Assembly: GCA_945861565.1 (NCBI GenBank)
Contig: CAMAUY010000013.1
Span: forward strand, 5,441-69,440
Source of the DNA: Akkermansia muciniphila
GTDB lineage: Bacteria; Verrucomicrobiota; Verrucomicrobiia; Limisphaerales; UBA9464
Direction: 5' to 3'
DNA: 64,000 bases
Below, in pieces: positions 47,150 through 56,521 of this stretch; position 1 is the stretch's first letter, and every line of letters starts with the position of its first letter. The notes beneath the pieces are model-generated. The model had not been told where the DNA came from. It did no database searches and saw only the letters and a program-made list of their open reading frames with translations. The position numbers were made by a program, and so were the translations under genes.

Positions 47150-49095
47150 AGCGCATCCTCGACTGGTTCGATCACCGCACTGGCGTTAAGAAGCTCACGC
47201 ACGAGACGCTCTACGAAAACGTGCCGGGCGGGGCGCGCTGGCGTTACGTGTGGGGCAGCACGCTGACCTTCGCGATCTTTGTCCAATTCATAACGGGCGT
47301 GTTTCTCTGGATGGCTTACAGCCCCAGTTCGCAGACGGCCTGGGAAAGCGTTTATTACATCCAACATCAAATGACCGGCGGCTGGCTGCTGCGAGGCATC
47401 CACCACTTCACAGCGCAAGCGATGATTGTTTTGCTCGCGCTACATTTAATGCAGGTGTTGATCGATGGCGCTTACAAAGCCCCGCGCGAAGTAAACTTTT
47501 GGACCGGTCTTGTGTTGCTCTTGCTCGTCCTCGCGCTGTCACTCACCGGCTATTTGTTGCCGTGGGATCAGAAGGGATTTTGGGCCACCAAAGTGACGAC
47601 CAACATCGTCGGCATCTCACCGGTCATCGGCCCGGCGATGCAGAAATTGATCGTCGGTGGCGCGGACTATGGACATCATACGCTCACACGATTCTTCGCT
47701 TTGCACGCCGGCGTCCTGCCCGGTCTGATCGTCGCCGTGATCGTCGGGCACGTGTATCTATTCCGCCGACATGGTCTGACGCCCAAGCAACCGTTGCGCA
47801 GACGTGACGCCGCCTTCTGGCCTGACCAAGTGCTCAAGGACGCGGTGGCGTGCCTTGCCGTTCTCGCGGCGGTGCTGTTCCTGATCGTTCGACCGCGATT
47901 GTTTTCGGCGGACGCACCGCTCGGTGCCGAACTGGGTGCGCCGGCGGATGGTTCAGAGGCCTACTCCGCCGCGCGACCGGAGTGGTACTTCCTTTTCTTG
48001 TTTCAGTTTCTCAAATACTTCCCCGGCGAACGTGAGGTATGGGGCGCGATTGTGATCCCAAGCGTGGCGATGTTCGGAATATTTCTGATGCCTTTTTTCG
48101 GCCAATGGAAACTCGGTCACCGTTTCAACGTCGGTTCGGTCTGCGCGCTGCTGCTCGGGGCCAGTTTGTTGACCTACTTGGCTTACGCGCAGGACCGCCT
48201 AGACCCGTCCTATCAACTCGCCGTGCGACAAGCGCAGGAAAGCGCCGAGCGTGTGGTCGCGTTGGCAGGGGCGAAGGGAATTCCTCCAACGGGCGCGCTC
48301 GAATTGCTGCGCAGTGATCCCTTTACCCAAGGACCGAAACTATTCGCGAAGAATTGTGCGAGTTGCCACCGCTTTGACGGTCACGATGGCCGGGGCGAGG
48401 CACCGATGGGAACCCACAGTATCCAGCGGGGAGAAACGCTGGCCGGAATTGCCGGCACGAACCAGATGACGGTTCAAGCCCTTCGCGAGCTGAATCCGCT
48501 CTTGGCCAATGAACCGGTTCCCGGTACGAAGCTCACGGTACATTCCCCGCCTTCCGCCGCTGACCTGAAGGGTTTCGCCGGCCGCGATTGGATTGCAGGC
48601 CTGCTTAATCCGGAGCGGATCATCAGCGCGCATTACTTCGGCGGCACCAAGTTTAGGGACACACGGATGGCCCGCTTTGTCCGGACGGACGTCGCCGCCT
48701 TTACACCCGCGCAGAATGAGCAGTTGAAGAAAATCGTCACCGCGTTGTCCGCCGAAGCCGGATTGAAATCCCAAGCCGACGCGGATCGGCGTGATGCGCT
48801 CGTGATCGAAGAAGGGCGCAACCTAATGACAAATACCGAGATGCGTTGCACGGAGTGCCATCAATTCCGTAAGCCGGACGAGGACGCGACAGGACCTGAC
48901 CTGACGGGCTACGGCTCGCGCCAGTGGATGGTAAGTTTCATTTCCGACCCGTCGCACGTGCGCTTTTACGGAAAACGCAACGACCGGATGCCTGCGTTCG
49001 CTCAAAATCAACGACTCAGTGCGCACAACATCGAGCTGATCGTGGATTGGCTTCGCGGGGATTGGGAGGAGTCGCCCAAGGACAAGCTTCGGTAG
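47146..49095 (+). CDS. cytochrome b / b6-subunit IV fusion with a C-terminal dihaem cytochrome c region
   Basis: The N-terminus is cytochrome b-like (WGSTLTFAIFVQFITG, conserved His residues). A PEWYFLF motif is present. Two CxxCH motifs are present: CASCH at 48355-48369 and CTECH at 48847-48861. Confidence 0.85.
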   Translation: MKRILDWFDHRTGVKKLTHETLYENVPGGARWRYVWGSTLTFAIFVQFITGVFLWMAYSPSSQTAWESVYYIQHQMTGGWLLRGIHHFTAQAMIVLLALHLMQVLIDGAYKAPREVNFWTGLVLLLLVLALSLTGYLLPWDQKGFWATKVTTNIVGISPVIGPAMQKLIVGGADYGHHTLTRFFALHAGVLPGLIVAVIVGHVYLFRRHGLTPKQPLRRRDAAFWPDQVLKDAVACLAVLAAVLFLIVRPRLFSADAPLGAELGAPADGSEAYSAARPEWYFLFLFQFLKYFPGEREVWGAIVIPSVAMFGIFLMPFFGQWKLGHRFNVGSVCALLLGASLLTYLAYAQDRLDPSYQLAVRQAQESAERVVALAGAKGIPPTGALELLRSDPFTQGPKLFAKNCASCHRFDGHDGRGEAPMGTHSIQRGETLAGIAGTNQMTVQALRELNPLLANEPVPGTKLTVHSPPSAADLKGFAGRDWIAGLLNPERIISAHYFGGTKFRDTRMARFVRTDVAAFTPAQNEQLKKIVTALSAEAGLKSQADADRRDALVIEEGRNLMTNTEMRCTECHQFRKPDEDATGPDLTGYGSRQWMVSFISDPSHVRFYGKRNDRMPAFAQNQRLSAHNIELIVDWLRGDWEESPKDKLR

Positions 49096-49214
49096 GGATT
49101 GCGTGCTTCGTTGCTCCTCGGTCACAGACCCATTACGGGTATACTCCCTCGTCGCGCCTCGCCAGCCGGCCTTTCCCTCAAAAACAGGACCCCTTTGAAT
49201 TTTCAAACAGGCTC

Positions 49215-50132
49215 TTAGTTCGGCGGGCGATTTTTTTCGAAGGGATTCTTTGAACTTGGCCTGTCGGGCGTGCGGGCGAATGCCGCGACGTCCGGAGTTG
49301 GTGGGGGAGGCAGTGAGCCGTTGGAACGGACTTGCGGGGCAACTCGGCTCGGCAGCTGCACGAGCCCTCCGAGCAGCGCACCCCAACCCACGATAAAGTG
49401 GAGACCGGTTGTAATTGTCAGACCGGGAACCGCGATGAGTCGGACTCCATATAAGAGCAGGCCGCCACACATCACGACCGCGCCCGTCAGCAGACTGGCC
49501 CCAGCCATCTTGGCGGCGCCACCGAGCGTCAGTACCCGACCCCACTGCTGCGCTAGAAGCCAAATGGGTATGACATACGCGGCAGCCAGAACCCACCAAA
49601 GGGCGAAAAGTGTGATCAGCGTACCCAGCACTACGCCGAGCAGGCAGACCCCCCTCCAGGCTCCCCACCACGCGAGGGCCTCGATCCGGTCGAATTCAAG
49701 GCGCACTCCGGTCGGGTAGCGAATTCGAAACGCACCGAGCAGGCCGGAGGCAGTCAAGTGGTCCGGACCCAATGTGCACCTGAAATCGGCCGCATGGTTG
49801 ATGGCAGCGTCACCGACCGGATCCGCTGCGAGGGCGAGGAATCCGTTTTCGCTGAGTCGCCGGGCAACGGAGTCGGGCCAGTCCAGTCGGCCGTTCGCGA
49901 TGCGAACGACGCCGGGTGGAAGGTTCTCCAACGCTTGTTCGAAGACCGGCCAGGCGACGCGCCATACCAACCAGCCGGTGATCAGGCCGGCAATAAGCCC
50001 GACCGCAAACTGCCAAACGAGCAGTGGAGCGACACGCGCGGAGGCCGCGTCCGAGGCTCCACGGAATCCGAACACCCACGATAATTCTCCAGTGTCCCGG
50101 GAACTCTTGGGGCTGGATGCGGTCTTCGGCAC
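49215..50132 (-). CDS. hypothetical polytopic membrane protein
   Basis: It has several clear hydrophobic helices (LLVWQFAVGLIAGLITGWLVW, CLLGVVLGTLITLFALWWVLAAAYVIPIWLL and others). The start is GTG and uncertain. Confidence 0.5.
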   Translation of the reverse strand: MPKTASSPKSSRDTGELSWVFGFRGASDAASARVAPLLVWQFAVGLIAGLITGWLVWRVAWPVFEQALENLPPGVVRIANGRLDWPDSVARRLSENGFLALAADPVGDAAINHAADFRCTLGPDHLTASGLLGAFRIRYPTGVRLEFDRIEALAWWGAWRGVCLLGVVLGTLITLFALWWVLAAAYVIPIWLLAQQWGRVLTLGGAAKMAGASLLTGAVVMCGGLLLYGVRLIAVPGLTITTGLHFIVGWGALLGGLVQLPSRVAPQVRSNGSLPPPPTPDVAAFARTPDRPSSKNPFEKNRPPN

Positions 50133-50250
50133 GCCGCGAATCTACAGTCAGCCGGTTCGATCCCGAAGTTTGATTTCTTCAACAATTTCCCGAACTGCGG
50201 CGCCCGTTGTCATTGCAGGGAAACCTGGCCAGATTTGTCGGAGGGCGAAC

Positions 50251-50688
50251 TTAGGCGCGGGGTGCTTCGGGAGCCGGGGGCTGTCCACCCGGCTGTTGAA
50301 CTACTCCGACAGGAAGCGGGAAGCGAAGCTTCATGACGTCATTGACCAGAACCTCGACATGAAATACGCCGGAGACGGGAAACTCGACCTGGGGGAAGAC
50401 ACTGACGTTGGTTGCGTGCTGGGCGGCGTCGCCGAGTTGAAATCGAACGGAGCTTTTTCGTAGAACGGTGGTCCCGTCCGGATGAATCAACCGGGTCTCT
50501 TCAGTGAACTGGCCTAACCCGGCCGTCCACCGATTGAAGAGGCAGAGCTTCTGTGCGGTGATCGGCACCTGGGGCACCCGCACCAGACCAATAATGCCTA
50601 CCAGGATAAAGTTACCACTGGCCTCCTGCCGCACGTCTTCACAAATCAAGGAGCATTGCAGGTCAGGCAGGATCATGTTCGGTTTCAT
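50251..50688 (-). CDS. hypothetical beta-rich protein of unknown function
   Basis: The 146-aa ORF starts at ATG 50688 (MKPNMILPDLQCSLICEDVRQEASGNFILVGI...). It lies between the PA14-cytochrome gene and the membrane protein on the same strand. Confidence 0.5.
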   Translation of the reverse strand: MKPNMILPDLQCSLICEDVRQEASGNFILVGIIGLVRVPQVPITAQKLCLFNRWTAGLGQFTEETRLIHPDGTTVLRKSSVRFQLGDAAQHATNVSVFPQVEFPVSGVFHVEVLVNDVMKLRFPLPVGVVQQPGGQPPAPEAPRA

Positions 50689-50768
50689 AAAGACGCGCAG
50701 GTTTTCAAGTCTGGGAGAATGGGTCAAAGGCGAAAACAGAAAAAACGAGAATGAAACAGAGCCCGGCA

Positions 50769-52697
50769 CTATTCCGGTTTCGCGATTTTCTCTCCCGCAC
50801 GCAAATACTCCCAGATTGCCCGGAGCGTTTTGGGTCCATCGCCTTCCAGCACATCGGCGAGCGGACTCTTCCCTTCCTCGTCAAAATAAACCGGCATTTT
50901 TGTGCTCGGATCGATGCTGGTCGGATTCCGGACCCATCGGTTGAAGTAGTCGGGTTGCAATCGGACGAAACTTTGGGCGAGATTGATGCCCGGTGCCTCG
51001 AAGACTTGGGTCGCTGCAAAATCGCCCGCTGCGTGACAACTCACACACGAAAACCCGCCGTTGGCGCTAACCAACTTGCGCCCGCTCGCGGCAAGATTTC
51101 CTTCCGATACGGGGTCCGCCGCAGATTTTGGAGGCAATCCGTACGCGGTTGCCAACCCGACACCGAGTAACGGAGCGTAAGCCGGAAATGCCGGCATGCG
51201 GGCATCGAGCCAAGGCCGGGGCTTCCGCGCGACGGTCCCTCCCACCAATGCCGCCGCATATTCTGGTTTGAGTTTTCCGCCGATCGATTCCCAGGCCGGG
51301 AATCCCTCAAACTTTCCATGGCATTCGCGACAACGGAGATGGACCGACTGACGTTCGAGAAAATCTGCCGCGGTTCCCCGCGACAAGGCGTTCTGGTCTG
51401 CGCCCAGGAATGCCTTCACCGCCCTAAGCGGCTCTGAGGAAAACCCGAATTTTGGCGCACGGGTCCCGGGTGGGCGTTTTTCTGCCAAACAGCCGGCATC
51501 CAGGGGCCTGCCCGAAACCTCGCGCAGACTGTGGGTCGCAAATTCATTCTTTAACCCCGGCAGGTCATGACAGTTGAGACAACCGCTCGTCGCCACCAGT
51601 TGTTTTCCTTGTTCAAGCTCTGTCGGCAATGCGGGTGGCTTCGCGTCGCTCGGTTTGTCAGCATGCGCCAGCAAATGCGCTGCCAAGTTAGCGGCTTCTT
51701 CCGGCGAAAGATTGAAGTTCGGCATCCGGATCCACGCGTAGTGTTCCTCGGGTCGCAGGAGGAAGGGAACTAAGGCATCCGGCAAAAATTTTGCCCCGAC
51801 GTGATTTAGCGAAATCTTGCTACCGTCCTTCTCGGTGCGATCCGGCAGGTTGTGACATGCGACGCAGTGCAGGGTTTCAAACAGGGCCTTACCGGCCACG
51901 GCATTCCCCGGCGAGTCCGTTCGCTTCGTCCCGCCCTTCAGGGATGCGAGATAGGCCGCGATTCGTTGCGTTTTTGCTGCGGCATCCTTTGCGGTGAAGA
52001 CGATGGGCATCGCCGTCTCCAGCCGAAGCGCCCGCGGATTCTCGATCCATTTCGCCATCCAACCCTCCTGACGCCGGGACCCGATCTCATGGAATGACGG
52101 CGCGTCCATCCCCCACTCGATCCAGGTGCCCGCCGCCGGGTGACAGCGGACGCAGCGATACTCAAGAACCAGATCGCGACCGGTGTGAATTTCCAGCGAT
52201 TTGGCCAATTTTACGGTGGTCTCGGCCGTTAAGGCGGCACTTGGCACCGGATTGAAAGGGGTATCCTGGTTTGACCAGTAGAGGCGGATCGAGGCGTCGC
52301 CGGAGTCGGGGCTCGTGTATCGAATCGTCACTGCATTGGCACCCTTGCGCAGGCGAACCGGCTCCTCGGTTGCGACAAACTTTTCTTCGGTCCCCTCGGC
52401 GTTGAGCACCTCAGTACCGCCAACCGTTAGCTGGACTTGGCCACGAAGGACGATGTGGAACATGTAGGTCGCACGTAGTTCCGACGAAATGAACCCGCTC
52501 CAAGTGACGGAGAATTTACCGGCCGGGAGAAAGGGCGTTGCAGGTTCACCGGCCGGGACAAACAACTGTACACTGGCAGTGCGATTCCAGTCCGAAACAC
52601 CGCCCGCCTCGTAGGTAGCCACGAGACCCGCGGACGGTTCACCCACTGCCCGGCAACTCAACGCAATGATAAGTAGGTGGCAAAGTGTCCGTCTCAT
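50769..52697 (-). CDS. secreted multihaem c-type cytochrome with an N-terminal PA14-like domain
   Basis: It has the signal MRRTLCHLLIIALSC and a PA14-like region (FSVTWSGFISSELRATYMFHIVLRGQVQLTVGG). Five CxxCH motifs are present (CVRCH, CVACH, CLNCH, CRECH, CVSCH). Confidence 0.75.
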   Translation of the reverse strand: MRRTLCHLLIIALSCRAVGEPSAGLVATYEAGGVSDWNRTASVQLFVPAGEPATPFLPAGKFSVTWSGFISSELRATYMFHIVLRGQVQLTVGGTEVLNAEGTEEKFVATEEPVRLRKGANAVTIRYTSPDSGDASIRLYWSNQDTPFNPVPSAALTAETTVKLAKSLEIHTGRDLVLEYRCVRCHPAAGTWIEWGMDAPSFHEIGSRRQEGWMAKWIENPRALRLETAMPIVFTAKDAAAKTQRIAAYLASLKGGTKRTDSPGNAVAGKALFETLHCVACHNLPDRTEKDGSKISLNHVGAKFLPDALVPFLLRPEEHYAWIRMPNFNLSPEEAANLAAHLLAHADKPSDAKPPALPTELEQGKQLVATSGCLNCHDLPGLKNEFATHSLREVSGRPLDAGCLAEKRPPGTRAPKFGFSSEPLRAVKAFLGADQNALSRGTAADFLERQSVHLRCRECHGKFEGFPAWESIGGKLKPEYAAALVGGTVARKPRPWLDARMPAFPAYAPLLGVGLATAYGLPPKSAADPVSEGNLAASGRKLVSANGGFSCVSCHAAGDFAATQVFEAPGINLAQSFVRLQPDYFNRWVRNPTSIDPSTKMPVYFDEEGKSPLADVLEGDGPKTLRAIWEYLRAGEKIAKPE

Positions 52698-52763
52698 TTT
52701 CGCGGGGCGAACGATGCGAATACCTCGATTCTTGAGAAAGATCAAAAACGCCCAATTTCCCGA

Positions 52764-52807
52764 TTGACGCCCTTGCGGAACGTTTATATCAACGTATCCT
52801 GATACGT
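52764..52807 (+). promoter_or_regulatory. candidate sigma-70-type promoter and palindromic operator upstream of metK
   Basis: TTGACG (52764-52769), a 17-nt spacer and TATCAA (52787-52792) are followed immediately by the palindrome ACGTATC-CT-GATACGT (52792-52807). This call rests on sequence pattern only. Confidence 0.3.
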
Positions 52808-52858
52808 CAATATGTTGATTGGTAAGGAACAAAAAACACAGCGAACACACTGAATGTC

Positions 52859-54031
52859 ATGAGTAAGCGATACATTTTTTCGTCGGAATCCGTGGGTGAG
52901 GGTCACCCCGACAAAGTCTGCGACACGATTTCTGATGCCGTGCTGGACGCCTGCCTCGCGCAGGATCGGACGAGCCGGGTCGCCTGTGAAACCTACGCGA
53001 AATCGAACGTCGTCGTGGTCGGCGGTGAGATTACCACCAAGGCGAAATTGGACTTCGTGAAGATCGCCCGGGATGCGATCCGCGAGATTGGTTACGTGAA
53101 TGATGACGACGTGTTCCACGCTGACCGCGTCTTCGTAAACGTGTACGTCACGCAGCAATCGCCCGATATTTCACAGGGTGTTGACGCTCGCGCCGCCAAG
53201 GGGAAGAAGAAGGCGGAGCAGGGTGCTGGCGATCAGGGGTTGATGTTCGGGTACGCCAGTGACGAAACCCCCGAGTTGATGCCCGCCCCGATCATGTTCG
53301 CCCATCATTTGGGTCGAAAGCTCACCGCCATTCGCAAGTCTGGCAAGGTGGCCTGGCTGCGCCCCGACGCGAAGTCACAAGTTTCGGTGGTTTACGAGGA
53401 CGACCAACCGGTGGCGATCTCAAACGTTGTCATTTCAACTCAGCACTCCGCGGCAGTGAGTCACAAGACGATCGAAGAGTTCTGCATTGAGGAAGTCATC
53501 AAAAAGGTACTGCCCAAGAGCATGTTGACCAACAAGACGACCTATTTGATCAATCCCACCGGCCGCTTCGTGGTGGGAGGGCCTCAGGGCGATACCGGTC
53601 TCACCGGTCGCAAGATCATCGTGGATAGTTATGGTGGCATGGGCCGCCACGGCGGTGGAGCGTTCTCGGGCAAGGATCCTTCCAAAGTTGACCGCAGCGC
53701 CGCTTATATGGGTCGGTATGTCGCAAAGAATATTGTCGCCGCTGGGCTTGCTTGCCGTGCCGAGATTCAGTTTGCCTACGCCATTGGCTATCCGGAGCCG
53801 GTTTCCGTTTATGTCAACACGTTTGGCACCGGCGTCGTTCCCGACGAGCAGATTACCCGGGCCGTTGAAAAGGTGTTTAGCTTCAAGCCTGCGGACATCG
53901 TGAAGGAGCTGAATTTGCTCCGCCCGATCTACGGGAAGACCACCAACTACGGCCACTTCGGCAAGAATGACCCCGACCTAACCTGGGAAACAACGAATCG
54001 GATTTCCGCCCTCAAGAAAGCGGTGAAGTAA
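52859..54031 (+). CDS. metK: S-adenosylmethionine synthetase
   Basis: It has [28 protein letters not shown] and [19 protein letters not shown]. Confidence 0.97.
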   Translation: MSKRYIFSSESVGEGHPDKVCDTISDAVLDACLAQDRTSRVACETYAKSNVVVVGGEITTKAKLDFVKIARDAIREIGYVNDDDVFHADRVFVNVYVTQQSPDISQGVDARAAKGKKKAEQGAGDQGLMFGYASDETPELMPAPIMFAHHLGRKLTAIRKSGKVAWLRPDAKSQVSVVYEDDQPVAISNVVISTQHSAAVSHKTIEEFCIEEVIKKVLPKSMLTNKTTYLINPTGRFVVGGPQGDTGLTGRKIIVDSYGGMGRHGGGAFSGKDPSKVDRSAAYMGRYVAKNIVAAGLACRAEIQFAYAIGYPEPVSVYVNTFGTGVVPDEQITRAVEKVFSFKPADIVKELNLLRPIYGKTTNYGHFGKNDPDLTWETTNRISALKKAVK

Positions 54032-54148
54032 ACTAGAACCGAATGCGGTGTCCTCGGGGTGTATGCCCTTCGCCGAGACTTAACTCTCAGCGGACGGTTC
54101 TCCCCAGTTCCCTGGTCCGCAGCCCGCTTCAACAAGAATTCTCCTATC

Positions 54149-55645
54149 ATGTCCAAAATTAAACCTGCAGCCAAAGTCGCCCTCACTGAAATCGCCGCAA
54201 CGCTCGCCAATCTAAAGACGTTCACGGCGCTTACCCCGACCGGAAAAGACTATGTCGTCCGCGACCTCTCGCTGGCCGACTGGGGGCGAAAAGAAATCGC
54301 CGTCGCCGAGCACGAAATGCCCGGCCTTATGTCCGTCCGGAAAAAATACGCCCGTCAGAAACCTCTCGAGGGCGTGCGTGTCACCGGCTCACTCCACATG
54401 ACGATCCAGACGGCGGTGCTGATCGAGACATTGAGCGAACTCGGTGCCTCGGTGCGCTGGGCGTCGTGCAATATTTTTTCGACCCAGGATCATGCTGCTT
54501 CGGCGATTGCGGCCACCGGTGTGCCGGTCTTCGCCTGGAAGGGTGAAACCCTGGAGGAGTACTGGGAACTGACCCTCCGGGCTGTCCTCCACCCGGGTGA
54601 CAGGGGTCCCGAACTGGTTGTCGACGATGGCGGCGATGTCACCATGCTGATCCACAAGGGCTATGAGCTCGAAAAGGGCAGCAATTGGGTCAATACCCCG
54701 AGCGGCTCCCATGAGGAACAAGTCATCAAAAACCTGTTGAAGCGAGTTGCGAAGGAAAAGCCCGGCATCTGGAAGCGGATCGTCAAAGATTGGAGAGGAG
54801 TCTCGGAAGAGACCACAACCGGTGTGCATCGATTGTACCAACTTGCGGAACAGAAGCAGCTGCTTGTTCCCGCGATCAATGTGAATGATTCGGTGACAAA
54901 ATCGAAGTTTGACAACCTCTATGGCTGCCGCGAATCGCTGGCCGACGGACTCAAGCGGGCCACCGATGTCATGATTGCGGGGAAGGTTGCCGTGGTCTGC
55001 GGGTATGGAGATGTCGGCAAGGGGTCCGCTCATTCGCTCCGGGCTTACGGAGCGAGGGTCGTCGTCACTGAAATTGACCCCATCAATGCACTCCAGGCCG
55101 CGATGGAAGGGTTTGAGGTCAATACCATCGAAAGTACGCTGGGAACCGGCGACATCTATGTCACCACCACCGGTAACTGCGACATCATTACCGTCGAGCA
55201 CGTATTGGCGATGAAGGACCAGGCAATTGTTTGTAACATCGGCCATTTCGACAACGAGATCCAGGTCGACAAACTGAAGAAGGCTAAAGGCGTCCGGATC
55301 GAGAACATCAAGCCGCAATACGACCGCTACCATTTGCCCGGAAATAAGAGCATCTACCTACTGGCGGAAGGTCGTCTGGTGAATTTGGGATGTGCCACCG
55401 GGCACCCGAGCTTCGTGATGTCGAACTCATTTACCAACCAGATTCTCGCCCAGATCGATCTGTGGCAAAACAAGGACACCTACGACAAGACCGTCTACCG
55501 GCTGCCGAAGAAGTTGGACGAAGAAGTGGCCCGCCTCCATCTGGAGAAGATCGGCGTCAAGCTCACTCGCCTAACCAAACAGCAGGCGCAATACTTGGGA
55601 GTATCAGCCGACGGCCCCTATAAACCAGAGCACTACCGCTACTGA
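54149..55645 (+). CDS. ahcY: adenosylhomocysteinase
   Basis: It has [21 protein letters not shown], the NAD-binding motif GYGDVGKG and the C-terminal PEHYRY. The ATG at 54149 is preferred. Confidence 0.97.
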   Translation: MSKIKPAAKVALTEIAATLANLKTFTALTPTGKDYVVRDLSLADWGRKEIAVAEHEMPGLMSVRKKYARQKPLEGVRVTGSLHMTIQTAVLIETLSELGASVRWASCNIFSTQDHAASAIAATGVPVFAWKGETLEEYWELTLRAVLHPGDRGPELVVDDGGDVTMLIHKGYELEKGSNWVNTPSGSHEEQVIKNLLKRVAKEKPGIWKRIVKDWRGVSEETTTGVHRLYQLAEQKQLLVPAINVNDSVTKSKFDNLYGCRESLADGLKRATDVMIAGKVAVVCGYGDVGKGSAHSLRAYGARVVVTEIDPINALQAAMEGFEVNTIESTLGTGDIYVTTTGNCDIITVEHVLAMKDQAIVCNIGHFDNEIQVDKLKKAKGVRIENIKPQYDRYHLPGNKSIYLLAEGRLVNLGCATGHPSFVMSNSFTNQILAQIDLWQNKDTYDKTVYRLPKKLDEEVARLHLEKIGVKLTRLTKQQAQYLGVSADGPYKPEHYRY

Positions 55646-55683
55646 GCATCGCTTGCTGCCTGGGCAACTCGGGCTCCTTCTGA

Positions 55684-55718
55684 AAAAGCGGATAGGATTT
55701 CCTGTCCGCTTTTTTTTC
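55684..55718 (+). terminator. intrinsic terminator after ahcY
   Basis: GCGGA-TAGGATTTCCTG-TCCGC is followed by TTTTTTTT. Confidence 0.7.
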
Positions 55719-55743
55719 CTACGAAGCCAGCTATTCTGTCCGC

Positions 55744-56400
55744 ATGCTGCCAGTCCAACAGACGATTCGAGCTCTGCGACGTCAAATTCTTGGGGCTCTC
55801 GCCGACGAGACAGCGCTTCCCGAAGGTGTAACTTTGGTTGCGGATCGAGTTTCGGTGTCGCTCGCGGTGCAGATCAATCCGACCGAGCCGACGGCATCGC
55901 CCCGCTGGCTGGTCGTCGTGACCGAACCAGGTCCCTGTCTCCACCACGTAACCCTCGAGTTCCGCCTCGCGACGGCCGAGCATGGGGAAAACCGTCCTGC
56001 TCAGCTCGTCAAACCGTCGGGGTCGACGGAAGCCGGTGCGAACGGAGCGGCGCCCCGGAAATTTGCGGTGCTGTCGGAGGTTTTCGGCGCGCCGGGCTTC
56101 GACAGTTCGGCGCGCGCAACGGTCTTCCGCGAGGCCTTGGAAGAGTTGAGCGAGGAGCAGGGGCATCGAGTCTTGCTCTCGCTCGGCAGCGTGCCGTCAC
56201 CGGGCGAAGAGGCGATTGTTTCCCGAGCCCGACATCTCATTCAACGTCTCGCGGCTAGCGGCCCGGCGGGCTCAGAGCGCGGTCCCGAGAAACTCCGGCA
56301 TCTCGCGTCAACGGGCTCCGTTCGAGAGCTGATTCAACTGGCAAAACGCTGGCGAACACAATCCGAGTGGGCTGCCGTCGAGAGAGGGCCGTCGCCTTGA
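55744..56400 (+). CDS. hypothetical protein with a trypco2-like N-terminal region (tentative)
   Basis: In this 218-aa ORF an N-terminal helix (TIRALRRQILGALAD) is followed by beta-like segments (VADRVSVSLAVQI ... HHVTLEFRL). The C-terminal half is helical with no recognisable motif. Confidence 0.5.
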   Translation: MLPVQQTIRALRRQILGALADETALPEGVTLVADRVSVSLAVQINPTEPTASPRWLVVVTEPGPCLHHVTLEFRLATAEHGENRPAQLVKPSGSTEAGANGAAPRKFAVLSEVFGAPGFDSSARATVFREALEELSEEQGHRVLLSLGSVPSPGEEAIVSRARHLIQRLAASGPAGSERGPEKLRHLASTGSVRELIQLAKRWRTQSEWAAVERGPSP

Positions 56401-56521
56401 CAGGATCAGCCGGGGCGGGCCAGAATTTTTCTAGCGGAACCTTCGGGGCGTTTGCCGTTCGTCCACGCTCTTGGGCGTTTCCTTAGGTCTGGCTTTTTCG
56501 GAGTCTTTCCGCTCTTACGAC

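Noticed and set aside
49270-50463. Plus-strand ORFs 49270-49719 and 49774-50463
   Set aside because: Their translations are rich in Ser, Arg, Ala and Pro and have no hydrophobic core. The minus strand encodes proteins with clean TM helices or beta-rich sequence instead.
54032-54148. A possible SAH riboswitch upstream of ahcY
   Set aside because: I could not locate the conserved SAH-riboswitch core by eye, only a weak CTCGG...CCGAG stem. This needs an Infernal search before any call.
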